Source: Camelus dromedarius
Lineage: Eukaryota
Direction of reading: 5' to 3'
Length of the DNA: 64,000 nt
Assembly: GCF_036321535.1 (NCBI RefSeq)
Contig: NC_087437.1
Location: forward strand, 39,248,001-39,312,000
Notes under the pieces: generated by a model
The model's database searches: none
What the model was told of the DNA's origin: nothing
The model's input: the letters and a program-made list of their open reading frames with translations, nothing else
Position numbers and translations under genes: made by a program
Part shown: piece after piece, positions 40,365 to 53,989 of the stretch
Numbering within the stretch: position 1 is the stretch's first letter
Layout: the number at the start of each line of letters is the position of its first letter

Positions 40365-40980
40365 ATGCGTCAGTTAGGATGATTTCTTTTATAAGCAATA
40401 GAACCATGGGGCTTAAAATGCTTAAACAATAAAAGGGAGGGGGTTGAATCACTTAACTGAGAAGGTCAGAGGTAGGGAGGACTTCAGGCCTAGTTCAGTC
40501 AGGGCTCTATCTCCTGTTCTCTGTGAGTCTTTCAGCTTTTTCTTGTTTGCTGACTTTATCTTTACTGTATCTTCATTCATGGGAGCAAAATGTCTACTGC
40601 AGAAAGGCTCACATCCACACATTACAATTTCCAGAACAAGAGGGTCTCCATGTCCCAGGGTTCACAACCTGTATGTTGAGCGTCATGCTGATTGGATCAC
40701 ATCTGAACTGGTTCATTCATTCCTGAGAGAGCCATGTGCTAATGAAGAAATTACCGGGTCCAAACACTGTGGCAAATAGAGGTAGGATTATGTCAAGTAG
40801 AGCCCACCTCAGATCTGAGACAGAAGTGGTATTCGTTAATCCCACATAATTGGCATGGCTTCTCTAAAATGAAAGGGAGAAAATCCCCCAAAGGAAAACC
40901 TGAGGGTTATTGAGTATTAGGGAAGAATAAAAATGGATGAATCTCAAACAAACAACTCATGGATAGTCATTCTAGACACA
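40365..40980 (-). mobile_element. ERVL-MaLR LTR (old MLT1J/K/L-like)
   Basis: gtcagttaggatg...agcaatagaa...gcttaaacaataaaaggg...cacttaactgagaaggtcagaggtaggg. Confidence 0.6.
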
Positions 40981-41169
40981 GTTTGAATTTGTTCATTAGC
41001 AAATGAAGAAGTATTCTGTGTCCTGGACTTTTTAAAGCAACTTGTGAAGGGTCAAAAATAAACATCAAGAGTGAAAAGAGAGCAGGTGGAGTAGAGCCCA
41101 ATCCTAAGAAATCCCACTGATAAACGTGGGGGGATACGGAGACTGAATGGCATGGCCGACTCTTGAACT

Positions 41170-41340
41170 ACACATTCATTCATCTGTTTGTAGAACATAT
41201 ATGGGGTATCAACTCTATGCCAGAAAATGCTTGATATAGCAGGATCCTTGACCTTAAGAAGTCCATTCAATCAGGAACTACAGACTTACAAGTGAAAAAT
41301 CAGCCGTTTTGATAAGCTATGGTGTATCAGAGTGAAAGCA
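41170..41340 (-). mobile_element. L2 3' end
   Basis: cattcattcatc...ctatgccag...ccttgaccttaagaag. Confidence 0.55.
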
Positions 41341-42464
41341 GAGTAGAGCAGTGTGAAAATAAAGCCACATGGAAAATCTAGTGGAATCTTCAACACAGCC
41401 TTTCATATTTCCTCTAAAGCTAACACTTTGATACAATGCAATCCTTAACATAAAGCAACCTAGAAACACTTATTTCCAATCAATGGGTTTCTGAGAACAG
41501 CATATTAAAAGGCAAATGGAAGAATAATTTATCTTAACTCTGGCTGCACACTTTTAAGAAAAATAACATGAAACAATCTTGGTTGTTTGGAAACAAAAGT
41601 GGATGATTGTTGTCTTGGGGAGCTTTTATGTGCAAAATACATTTGATAATAATGTGAATTCCTTTAAGCTATTATATTCTGTAACCGTCTAGGGAAATAG
41701 TTTTAGGGATAAATACAGCAGAAATATTTAGAGATAGAACATTAAAACTGAAGAATAGCAGATATAGTTGATTCTTTTTAACATTCTTTTACAGTATAAA
41801 AATCATCAAATCCTTGGTCCATATCACAGTGATAATGCTGAAAAAATTCTAATCACTTTATCATTATTCCCAGCAGTGTCCTGGAGACTCCAATTCTAAG
41901 GGCAGGGCTTTCTGTAAGCACCTAACGTGAAGACAGAACTGAGAAAAATTTTGGAGAAATGGTTTCTTCAAATGAAGTATACTTGATAATAACATTTTAA
42001 TGCAATATTGACATTTGTAGTTTTTAACTCTGTTGGGCAGAATCTTGATGGAAAAGAAAATCACTTGTGACACCTTCAGTGTGGGTGTCTAATATCATGG
42101 CAATTTAACCCAGTTTTATCCTATATCAGAGGTATTCCATCAGAAAAGAACTAAAGTGTCCTTCGTGTTTTACAGAAGAAAGTTGTTTCTCATAACACAT
42201 AATGCTAAAATTGTCTTAAAATTATTAACTATTATTAAGCAAATACTATGGGAAATATTGGTGGTTTATTTTCAGAGATTTTTGATAAATAATTTAATAC
42301 ATGTATGTAAGTATAAACACACTGTCTTGGTCAGAGTATTGGTTTATCATCTATTTAGGCTGAATTGCTTTGCTTTGGCTGAACAGCTGAAAAGCTGAGC
42401 CAAATCATGACATTCGTGATGTGTGTGGCATTTACAGTTGAACAGAGGATGATCTACACTCTCA

Positions 42465-42775
42465 CTACTCAGAGTAGGGTCCCCAGACCAGCAGCTTCAG
42501 AAATGCCTTGGATCTGTTAGTTCCTTCAGCACCAGATCTAATGAATTAGCATGTACATTATAACAAGATATCTAGGTGATTAAAGCATTAATACATCAGG
42601 GGATCTGAACTCTGACTACACATTGGAATCATGAAAGGTGCCTTTAAAATGTTTGATTCTCAGTTCTTACTCTAGACCTATTAGATCAGACTTTTTTAAA
42701 GGGAGGACCAAGGCATGGGTATGTCTAAACACTCACCAAGCGATTCTAACGTGCGGCCAGATTTGAGAACTGTTG
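42465..42775. mobile_element. MER5A/MER5B-like MITE pair
   Basis: gggtccccagaccagcagcttcag; cacattggaatca...gattctaacgtgcggccagatttgagaact. Confidence 0.65.
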
Positions 42776-43399
42776 GTTACCCAGTGCCCAAGCAATCAGT
42801 AAATTCAGTGTATTCTGAAAGGACAAGAAAGGAGAAAGTCAAACCAATTACTTTGCATTTAGTGCCACTCTATAAATGATTGATTTTTTTTTACCTGTTA
42901 ATACGTTGGCTTAGCTACTGTGTGAACACAGCCTATTATGTCTCAGCCTGCCCAGAAGTGTATTGTATTGTAAATCAAGAAGAGGAACACTTTGCCATCC
43001 AAATTAATTAAAAGAAGATTTTAGGTTTGTTTCTCTACTTTCTTTTGCCAACCTCATTTTGCAACCTGACAGGTCTAAATGCTGAATCTCAGACACTGCA
43101 TGTTTAAACTACTGCACTTTTGAGTTAGCCACCCTCTTTTCCGTGCACTCAGTTCTCAATTTTTACCTCAAATGTCCCCTTTTCACTGTAGCCCAAGTGT
43201 ATTTTCCATTTCCTGAATTCCTGTGTTGCTCAGTGCTTCTGTCATGTGCTCTCATTTTACGGTCTTGTAGTGTTAGCGCCACTGTTTAGTGGAGTACAGT
43301 TACCTGTTTAATTTCTACACATAATCTCAAGCATTAGCAATCTATTCCAAAATCGTACACATGAATAGGAAAGGAAAACAGAAGTCATGGCATAGTACA

Positions 43400-43520
43400 T
43401 ATGACAGCCATTATTATCCCTTCTTACAGATGATGATACTGAGTCTCAGAGAGGCAAGACGACAGGCTAGTAAGTGTCAACACTAAGATATTTTCCCCAA
43501 GGCCATCTGACTCAAAGCAC
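43400..43520 (-). mobile_element. MIR fragment
   Basis: attattatcccttcttacagatgatgatactgagtctcagagagg. Confidence 0.65.
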
Positions 43521-43544
43521 AGAGGAAATTTGTTTCGCTTTTGC

Positions 43545-43545
<1 letters not shown>

Positions 43546-43591
<46 letters not shown>
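43546..43591. repeat. (TG)23 microsatellite
   Basis: Perfect dinucleotide run read directly. Confidence 0.95.
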
Positions 43592-43596
<5 letters not shown>

Positions 43597-45867
43597 TTCT
43601 AATATGTTATGGTACTTTAATTATAGTTCTGGGCCAGATTAAGACTATGAACACGCTGAAAACATACTGAAAGAAGTCTCATCCTTAAAATCAATGTCCA
43701 CTCTTGTCGTTGGAATGAACTCAATGATTTTTCTTTTTTACAGTCACTTGGTTTCTTTTGTCAGAAAATTATTGAAGCTTGATGGGTAGGGGCAAAAGGA
43801 GGAGCTCTTATTGTCTGTCTTTCTTTAAAATTACTTTTAATACACAAGTATTACCTGAACAACATTCTTGTGAAAAATCAGAACAGTATGGAGATGAATG
43901 AAGTCTCTTGTCCAGCACCTCCACAAGCACATACCACACTCCACCCACCCAGTCTAGGTACCTTCCTTCCCTCTTCACAAGTAATCGTTTTATCTGTGCA
44001 CACTCTTTAAGACATTTTAGGGTATTTAAACACATATATGTGATATATTATAATAACTCCAAATGATGGCAAATATTGGTGTGTTGATTGTTACGTTGAT
44101 AAAACTATGACTCTTGGGAATTAAGAGTTTGATTAGTATGTTTAAAGGAAAAGACCTGAGAAGGATATCTAATTCAGGGCTTGACAGATTCAAAATTATA
44201 TCTCAACCCTGTGGAATAATACCCTAAAGCTAGAAAGATAAAAATTTAGCTAGCATAAATATTAAAGCCCTGCACAAAGTACTGGTAGCAAATGGAGAAT
44301 TCTGATTTAATATTAGTTTATATGGAAAAATGTAGCAGTTTGTTTATCACAGACTCAGAATTCAATAAAAATTCTAATACTTCAAAAAGTCAGTATTTCT
44401 TATCGCTAAAATAAGATTCCTTTAAAAACATCAGCAATTACTCCAGAATATCTAAGTTTAGAAGGAGAATACTAGACTGTGTAAAATGCCTATAATATAG
44501 TAAACTAGTCATTTTAAAACGTGGTACTAATTTTGTGATTTATGTTCTTTATGTTTGGAAAGAAGGTCCCTTGGTGCTCATCACCCCCAGACCTGACCAG
44601 ACAGCCATTTTTTCTTCTTTTTTATAACAAAAACTAGTGCCAATGAAAAGAAAACTCATTTTTACTGCAGTACAAAACATTCCTTATGATTTCAGCATAA
44701 AGAGGTCCTATGATAAGACACTGGAATAATCTTCCTTCTCAATGTTGATGTCTTCCCAAGTAAGGATCTTGCCCTGTGGAATTAAATCTCACTCACTATA
44801 AAGCTAATGATCTATTATGATAATTTTGTTTTGTTTTGTTTTAAGAATGTTTATGCCCAACATTCTTTGACAGAATACTTGGAACTGGGGGCATGGGAAG
44901 TCAGGGACATCCTCTGCATGAGACATGTGCTTCCCCACACTAAGTCTTGACCTCTCTGCTTGATTTTTTTCTTTGACATATCAAAAAACAGATTTTGGGT
45001 AAAAAAATTCTCCAAACAAGAAAATTTAAAAGCCTTAAAATCACCAGTCATATGAAAAGCTTTCTGTATGTGTGTGGATATCTTCCTGTTATGGGTTTAG
45101 ATATTTAGGTATTGATTGTACAGAGTACAAGGAAGTATAGGTTCTGAGAGAGAAACGGATTTCCCTTTCCTAATGGTAGATGAGTGTAATATGATTGACT
45201 TTATGACTGACTGATCATAAGACATAGGTGACCGTGAGTCTTGACCTCTTTTCATACTTTCTAAGTTAAAGTTACCTCACACATACACATGCTAAGTATT
45301 TCAGAAAACGGAATCCTGAGTGATAAGGAAGAATCTGAGTCAATGGGGCAAATGTATTGATGTCTTTTTAAGAACTCCAAACCATGGTTTTATTTGAATT
45401 TATCTATCTCTGCCCTGACATCCACCATAATACACAAGGAAAGTCAAGGTCTTAACTCTGTTACTGACTTTATTCAGCAGCCTCAGACCAATAATAGATG
45501 TTTATCTACTATGTGCTGCTCCAGATAGAGTAGCTCATTTTAATTCTCCCCTCCAGGTTTCCTTCCCTAAGGAAGGAGCTGTATCTCGGATCTGTCTAAT
45601 TAATCAGGACGTGAAGAAGAGAAAATTGTGAAGCAATCCCTATGCTCAATTTTGCTGGGCTTTAAAAAGCTCAATAAAGTTTCTATCTACATTTTCTTGT
45701 TTATACTGTAGAGTAAAATGGATCAAACAAGCAAAGATTTGTGGCCACAGAGACAGCGCCTTTGTACAATCTAACACATACTGTGTATCAAAGAAATACT
45801 GTGCTACTTCTCTGAAGCTGACATTGGAATGACATTGTAATCCTGGCCATCTGTCTTCCTCCTCTAG

Positions 45868-45990
45868 ATGTCAATGAATGTGCTGTGGTGAATGGAGGCT
45901 GCCAGCAGCGCTGTATTAACACTCTGGGCACCTTCCACTGTGAATGTGATACAGGATACAGACTCCATGCTGATGGACGCACCTGCATAA
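45868..45990 (+). CDS. EGFEM1: Internal coding exon (123 bp, phase 1-1) encoding one calcium-binding EGF-like domain; likely EGF-like and EMI domain-containing protein 1
   Basis: Polypyrimidine tract plus AG (ctgtcttcctcctctAG, AG at 45866-45867) and donor A|GTGAGT at 45991. Stop-free translation (D)[40 protein letters not shown], with six Cys in EGF spacing, the D-x-N-E-C calcium motif and the C-x-N-x4-F-x-C-x-C hydroxylation motif. The exon call is firm. The gene name rests on remembered similarity to mouse Egfem1; MEGF6 is the paralog to exclude. Confidence 0.9.
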
Positions 45991-48291
45991 GTGAGTAAAT
46001 ATTAGAACCAGCTTGACGTCGTTTTCAATGAAAATCGACCTGCCCATGTAGGGGCAGGAAGAAAAGGTTTTTCTGTTATAAAAATCTCTCTAGAAGCTGA
46101 CGGTTTTCAAGTACAATTCTATCTCTTAGAATAAAAAAGATATTTTGCTATTAAAAGAGAGTACAAGACAAAAAAGATGGGGTAGGAAATACAGAAATTA
46201 ACATTCACAAGCAAAACTTCAATCTCCAGATGTGTGACTGTTTCCATAGCGTATCATTTCTGCCATATGCAGTTCAGTATACATTTGTTAATTATTGCAT
46301 ATATACGGTAAGTTTAACACCTAGCCACACTGAAGAGAGGAAGCTGGGCTGTTACAGTCACGAGCTGCAATGTTCACTCAGTTCAAACCAGACTCAGAAC
46401 TGGACTCACTGTAACAGCAAAAATTGTAACAGATTATATACTAAGGATTTTCCGGTTGCTCAAGAATAGTTAAAACTACACACACTAAATCTGAGGTTAC
46501 TCTTATTTGATATACTTATTGTATATCAAAATATTCTTAGATATCAGTTTTAGGCAGTAGAACTATTATTTTAAGTCTTTGAATGTTTCTGAATTTTATA
46601 AATTTCCTAATATGAGTATGTACACAGGAAGAAGACACAGAATACCTTAAAATATTATGCTTCCTGCGTGATTTATGAATGTTCTTTTTTGTTTTAACTG
46701 AAGCAATTTACATAAAAGTGTGTTTTTTTCATTGAATGAGATCCTCCGATGACACAAGCACATTCTGATTTCATCTTCAGGTCCCTTTTAAAAATATCTA
46801 TTATATTGAAAGAGTAGCTCCTTATATATCACAATTTAATTGCTGGTTTAATTTACATAGGGATTGTTAACTTGTCCATCTACTCAAATTATTAGTATTT
46901 TGTAAGTGTTCTGTAATTATGAAACTTGGAATAGAAATCAGCCAATTTCACCCAATTCTGTAACATATGCTTCCTCTTTCTTTTTCTTAACATGTCTTAT
47001 AGGACATGAGAGAAGGTCAGGGGAAACAGGTAAAGATGTCCTAGTTGTAGGTCTGATTTTGATATGAGGAAATGGAGGTTCTGAGAGCAAAAAAGGACTT
47101 TTCCATGTTGAGTGAGGGCAGAGATACAGGTCATACTGTGGTTTCCCGGGAACTTGATATCATAATGACTACATCCACAGCAGGCACCCGCAGTGGGACA
47201 GCAGCACGTGCATGTTTATGAAATCCCCCAAAATCCCCTCCTTTTTGCAGGATTTCTGCTCTTAGCAACAGGGATCCCTTTCCCATCCGCACCCCCAGCC
47301 TGTAAGGTCTTCAGCTGGTAACATCCTTAAACTGCCACTCTAACCATAACTTCTCTTCGCCACACAATGTTTAGGAGCAGGATTACCAATACATGCAGGT
47401 GGGGTATTTATCAGTAAAGGACGAGCTGGTGAATTTTTGTGTCTGTTATAAATGTATTTTGCAAAGCAATGAATTATATAAATCTATGATATCTGGTCTT
47501 TTTGATAAGGCAAAATAAACACTCTAGCAACCAACTAAAAACCAACTAAATTATATTTTCAAGTATAATTAATTTTCTAAATTCTGGCAGTTATTAGCTA
47601 TTTCTTAGTAGAAGGATTTAGCTCTTTCCTTGTTTCTCACCACCACTGCCCTTGAACTTTCCAATTTTTGTTTTAATGACATCATGTCAAAAGTGGACTT
47701 GGATAAGAATATTATGCTTTACCTTTTTTATTGCTTTTCTTTAAAATCCAGTTCCTATTGTGCAAATACATGGACACTATGGTAATAGCATATTTACAGC
47801 TCCTTAAGCTGATCATATCTTTGTGCAGAATTTCAACATAGTGTGTATGTATATGTATACATAGTGTGTATATGTATATATGCAGATATATCGAGCAGAT
47901 TAAGCTAAGGAGCAGTACGGATTTCATGACTGCAGTCATTTTAAAGCGCTCAACCCCTTGGATATCATTCTACAGAAGTACTGGACTGAGAGCCCAGAGA
48001 CTGACCTTTGAGGAAGTTTTCATGCGTCTCTCATACATTCCCTGAAGTTTCGGTTTCAAAGAATGGTCTTAAGAATCTCAGTTGACACAATTACAGCAAT
48101 CATTGTTAAAAGGAGCTCAAGAAGAATTTAAGCACTTTGTATTTAACTACTAATAATGCAAGCTTGAGGACAAGAACTGTTTGCTTATTTCTTTTGAAAG
48201 AAAAGGTTTACTGTAGAGAACTGTGTCTCACATTGGTTTGTATTTTAAGTAATATTGTAGGAAGGGTTAGATATTTTTAAAAGTGGGAACA

Positions 48292-49164
48292 TTTTTTAAT
48301 TTTTATTTTTATTGAATATAGTTGATTTAAATGTGTTAGTTTCTAGTGTACAGCGTAGTGATTCAGCTACACATATATATTCTTTTTTATATTCTTTTCC
48401 ATTATAGGTTATTACAGGATACTGAATATAATTCCTTGTGCTATACAGTAGTACATTGTTGTTTATCTATCTTATCTATAGTAGTTTATATCTGAACTCC
48501 TAATTTACCTCCACACCCCTTTTCCTCTTTGGTAACCATAAGCTTGTTTTCTATAAGTCTGTTTCTGTTTTGTAAATAAGTTTGTATCATTCTTTAGATT
48601 TCACATGTTAAGTGGTATCATATGATATTTGTCTCTGTCTGACTTACTTCACTTAGTATAATACTCTCTAGGTCCATCCATGTTGTGCAAATCGCATTGT
48701 TTTATTCTTTTTTATGACTGAGTAGTATTTCATTGTATAGATAGATACCACATCATCTTTATCCAGTCATCTGTCAGTGGACATTTAGGTTGCTTCCATG
48801 TCTTGGCTATTATAAATAGTGCTGCTATGAACATTGGGGTGCATGTAGCTTTTCAACTTAGAGTTCCCTCCAGATATATTATGCCCAGGAGTGGGATTGC
48901 TGGATCATATGGTAAGTCTATTTTAGTTTTTTGAAGAATCTTCATAGTGTTTTCCATAATGGCTGCACCAAACGACATTCCCACCCACAGTATAGGAGGG
49001 TTCCCTTTTCTCCACACCCTCTCCAGCATTTATTGTTTGTGGACTTTTCAATGATGACCATTCTGACGTGTGTGAGGTGATACCTCACTATAGTGTTAAT
49101 TTGCATTTCCCTAATGATCAGTGATGCTGAGCATCTTTTCATGTGCCTATTGGTCATCTGTATG
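48292..49164 (-). mobile_element. 5'-truncated L1 (about 0.87 kb)
   Basis: T-rich tail, 3' UTR related to the L1 at 17985-19085, and ORF2 peptide [30 protein letters not shown]. No TSD found. Confidence 0.9.
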
Positions 49165-49554
49165 ATTTTGTTGTTGGTCCATGTTCCATGTTCCATGTTC
49201 GATGTCAGTTGTCCTGTTAAGCCTTTTCTGGTTACCCCAGCCAAAAACATTCCTTCTCTTTCTTGTAATGCCATATAATTTAGTGTTGCCGTAATGACGC
49301 ATTATAACATATAGTTTTATATCTGTGCATTTGGGCTTCAGACCAAATGAAAGACACTGATGACCTTCTAATTATCAGTTTCAAGAGGAGTCTTTTCCAT
49401 GCCTTTCTCGATGGCCTCTGACACTATTAACCACTCATTTTTCTAAATCTTCCTCTTGACTTCCTGACAGCACAGTTTTCACCTTTGACAGCTGCCTGTC
49501 TGTACTTACACACTTATTACCCAGTTCTGACTTTTGATCATCTTCCTCTCTCCT

Positions 49555-49918
49555 TGCTATCGGCTGAATTGTGTCCATCCAAATGCACATGTTGAAGCCC
49601 CAAGTCCCAGTGTGGTGGTATTTGGAGATGGAATATTTGGGAGATGATTAGGTTTAGAAGAGCTCATGAGGGTAGCAGATCCTCATGATAAGATTAATGC
49701 TTGTCTAAGAAGAGATACCAGAGAACTTGCTCTCTCTACCATACTAGGATCTAGTTGGAGGGTGACCATCTGAAGCCAGGGAGAGAGCTCTCGCCAGAAA
49801 CCAGACCCTACTAGAACCTTGATCTTGGACTCTCCAGACTCCACAACTGTGGAAAGATAAATTGATTAAGTCTCTCAGGCTGTGATATGTTGTTCCAGCA
49901 GCTCAAGTGGACTAGGGT
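49555..49918 (+). mobile_element. ERVL-MaLR LTR (MLT1A/A0-like)
   Basis: tgctatcggctgaattgtgtcc...atgttgaagccc...gtatttggagatgg...accttgatcttggact...cagcagctcaagtggactag. Confidence 0.85.
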
Positions 49919-51679
49919 GGCCATCTCTTCCCCTGGGTTCCTTCTTCTCCAGTCTGTCTCCATTTTGCTCTTATGCGTTTAGACAAAAGTCAATACCTAT
50001 ACAATATCTGGCAAGTATTAGTTAAATGTTAGCTATTATCATAAAAGAATGTATTATAACAGAATAGCTGTTATTGTAACAGAATTATAACAGAATGTAT
50101 CATAACAAAAAGATATCAGGACTTTACCCAGATGGATTCATTTTTGGGGGGGAAAAACTCAAACTTGAAGTGTTTCTAGCTTTTGGACCTTGGACAAAAT
50201 ACATTATCTTTCCATAGCTTGGAATTGGAGATTTTCTCATTGTTGAAAGGCAGACTTTAGTAGCTATTACTAAATATAAGTAATGATAACGTAGACTAAA
50301 CTCCTTCTATTGCCAGTGGATATCTTTTAACAGCCAGGAGCTAGATACCAAAATAATCATATTATCCAAATTTTCTGTATTTATCTGTGTAATTTGCATT
50401 TTAAGTAACTTGTAAGGTTTTAGCTATAATTTGGTGTCCCTCAAAATCTTTCTTCTCTTCCCATTTTTAATAACAACCTTATGAAATAGACCCAGCTCAA
50501 ATCTCCAATCACAATCATGTCCTTCCTCTGCTGTTTTTCTTGAAATTGGCCTTCTCAGAGGGGTGAAATAATTAAATGATTGAAGGTTTTAATGCTTGCA
50601 TAGTTCTCTTACTGCTTTTTCATGCCTTCAGCACATCAGTTTATTAACATCTGTACTTACAAATAAACAAATGGAATCACTGGTGTCTGCACAGAGAAAC
50701 CTCAGATGAACAGCATGTTAATTATTTTAGTCTTCACTGCAAGAATTCTTTATTTCCACTTGCTGGAAATGGTCAGTTTCTGTTTTTGTTCAGTGGTTCC
50801 TTTTATTCTAAGTGATGTGAGGGAAGGAAGAAGAAAGGTTACTAGAAGCTGGAAACTAAAGATTTTTCTGTATGATTAAGTGTGCAGCATGGTAGAATCA
50901 GAGGTTATATTTTAATTCTAAATAAATATAAATTAGGTGAAAGAAGAGGGTAGATGTACAACCTAATTAAATAAAGATATCCTTTGTGAAATTCTGAGCT
51001 TGAATAAATTTTCTTACGTCAAGATCTTTATCTTCTACATTTTAAGATAATGCAAAACTTAGAAAAAAAGAAGATTGAGAAAACCATTAGATGTGGTGGT
51101 CTTCACACAATGGATTCTTTTGTTTTTGATCTCAGTGTTCTGATCAGTTATGTCTAAGTTTTACTTGATAAAAGAAGTGGAGGATTCTTTCCAGGGAATG
51201 AAAAGAGATTGCCCTCAAATCGGAGATGAAAGAAGTTAAAGACGTTCATTGTAACTACCTTTCAATTAGTTGCATTATTTATGAAGACAAATTAGAAACA
51301 GAATTCATTTCATATGACAGCTGATGTCTTGAATAGGGCTATGTCAGGTTAAAAAAATTGTTTAGTTTGTCAGCTTGATGGCATCTCTCAGTCATTATCA
51401 AATTCATCTCCCTCGCAATATTAATCACTTTTGTGTGGTAGGTGATAAATTTAATTCCCCAAAATTGAATCTAAAGAACACTTCTCCTCTGCCCTCCTCA
51501 TCCCCTGTCTGTAGCCTTGACAAAAAAAAAAAAAAAAAACAACTCATGAACTTCCCAAGTTTTTATCCGTTTTGTTGATGATTAATCCAATTCAAAACCT
51601 TTTTCCAAATCCAATAGATTTTAAGAATGCATTTAGCAATCTTTTTTTCTACAGTTTTTCTACAGCCTTCAGACTTGGG

Positions 51680-51920
51680 AAGGTAAGACTGACAATTTTA
51701 GGCAGAGACAGACTGAGGTCTGAATTCCACTGCATCATATAAGAGTTGTGTGATCCTGGCCCAGTTTCTTAATCTCTGATCTTCAGAGTCTGTATCATTC
51801 TTTATCTCTCTCTCAGTCTCTCTGATTCTATATCTAGTAAAACCAGGATATAATTCATAAAAATCAATCTTAAACATTGTATAAGGACAGAAACTTTTGG
51901 AATGTACTTAAAACATTCGA
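51680..51920 (+). mobile_element. MIR SINE
   Basis: ggtaagac...tttaggcagagacagactgaggtctgaattcc...gtgtgatcctggcccagtttcttaatctctg. Confidence 0.6.
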
Positions 51921-52699
51921 ACGGCTGCCCATAGGGAATCGGGGAGACTAAAAGTGGATTCTGGGGCTAAAAGTGAACAAATAGAACAAGGGAGGCCCTT
52001 CCAAGCACCAGGGAGTGATAAGAATTTTCCTTGAACTGAGAAGTATAATAAATTCTACCTTCTGTATCCAAGGTTAAAACAAAACAAAATGATGAAATGT
52101 TAGCAGAGTGGTCTTCATCCTTGCCAGCTGCCTTTTCTTTTCCTCTTTCGCTCTGTGTGGAAAATATCTTCACAGGTCTGCCTTCAGAATAATCTCTAGG
52201 ATTTTTTCTAGTTATATTTGCAAAATATTTTTAGAAGTAAGATTTCTATAATATATATTGCATCAAGTAATAAAACCTGAATTTTAAGCACTGAATAATT
52301 TTGTTTTCTTACATTTCCTAAATGATTTCATAGTGCCTTATGGAATAGCCCCTGGATGGGATGAACGTACATATGAAGAGCTGAAAACAGTACCTGGCAC
52401 AGGGTCGATGTCCAGTAAGTGGTGGCTTGAGTCAGTCATTTATAATTATTATGTGTCTACTCTCACATTATTGTCCCACAATCAGAGTACCATTCAGTGC
52501 ACAAAGACCCTGAGAATGGGAGATCCTGAATTGTACAGGAGCATAACTTTACATTACTTGTTTGTGATATTACAGAATGGGCTTTAGGACTGTGAGAAAA
52601 ATAATACTAATCTGAAAACAGCATATCTTGGGAAAAAATTTTTTTCCTTTTTCAAGGTGATAATATTAAGTTAACTCTACCACATAGTCATCCCGTATA

Positions 52700-52850
52700 G
52701 AAGCTGTGTGACTTTGAGCGGTCACTTACCTGTTCAGGAACTGTTTGTCTGTAGCAGGTAATGAGGACAAGTTACGATGCAGGTGTGCAGTGCCTAACAC
52801 AGAGCAAGCAATCAATGAAAAAATAGCTCATATTATTAGTGTTAGCTCTA
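52700..52850 (+). mobile_element. MIR fragment
   Basis: gctgtgtgactttgagcggtcacttacc...cagtgcctaacacagagcaagcaatcaat. Confidence 0.6.
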
Positions 52851-53989
52851 TACTTGCAGCTGGCTGTAGGCATAGGACTAAACAAAACTACGGAGGGTCA
52901 GACACTAGACTTACAAACTTGCTTTGGTGATCAGATGGCTTCCATTGGACATCTTTGTTGCTAGCTTTTTAACAAACATACATTCATCGACTCTTCTAAT
53001 AACTCTTGTTTTACTTTCCTTTTTTTTTTTTGCCTTCTATATGCTTTTGGAGTTTTAAAGCAATAGTCACAGCTGTATTTTCACCATATAGTAAAATATT
53101 CTCATTCTCATTTATTACTGGGTTGAAGATTTATATCTCCCTGTTTCTGAAAGCACTGGAGGCAGCAAGCTTTAGGCAGCTTATGCATTTTCACAGGGTC
53201 CAAAGTGAAAAAAGGCATTAAACGTAAAAGAGTACTGCCTCCATCTAAAAGAAGCAGAAGGATTAAGTGCTTGCAAATACCAGATGTGAGCCTGAAACTT
53301 AAATCCCAATCTAGTGTCCCAGTATAGTTTTCTAGCTGCTGACAAGAAAAGAGCCCTGCGGTTTCAGCGTTCACATTTTCTAACAACAATAATCATAGAG
53401 ACATTTTTTTAATTCAGTGACTTCAAAATCTATTACTGAATGCATGTCTTTCATTTTGCAGAGAAACAAATTTTCAGCTAAAGGCCCTCCCAACTTTTAC
53501 TCCCACCTTAGAAACTTTGACATTAACTTTCAGCTCTGCCCACTTTGTTCTTCACTAAGAAGAAAGGTGCTCTGCTGTTATTTCAGGCTAATCTCCACCT
53601 GCCCTCCTCTTAGAACCTTGTCAAAATTTTGGAGGTGAGCAGAAGGAAAGGACTATATGAAAGAGGTGGTAGAATCATCACAGAAATGTAAGGGAACCCA
53701 GAGAACATTATGTCCTGTAGCCCCAGGAGAAGCGACTGGCAGGAAGGCAGGAGAGGTCATTACTTCCAAGATTTAGGGAAAATGACTGAAGAGCATTCCT
53801 TGAAACTAACAGTGGATAATTTATGAATAAGGCTGGCAAAACGAATCTTAGGGAGTAGTTTTGTTTTAAGATAGAGTATCTTGCTTCTAATATATCCTTC
53901 TTTCTCCTCTATGATCAACTTTTTCTCTATCTTAAGACAAAGTTCCTATCAAAACTGGTTTTGCCAGGATTATTCATGAATTATCCACT

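Noticed and set aside
45788..45988. 66-aa minus-strand ORF
   Set aside because: It is the antisense shadow of the + strand EGF exon.
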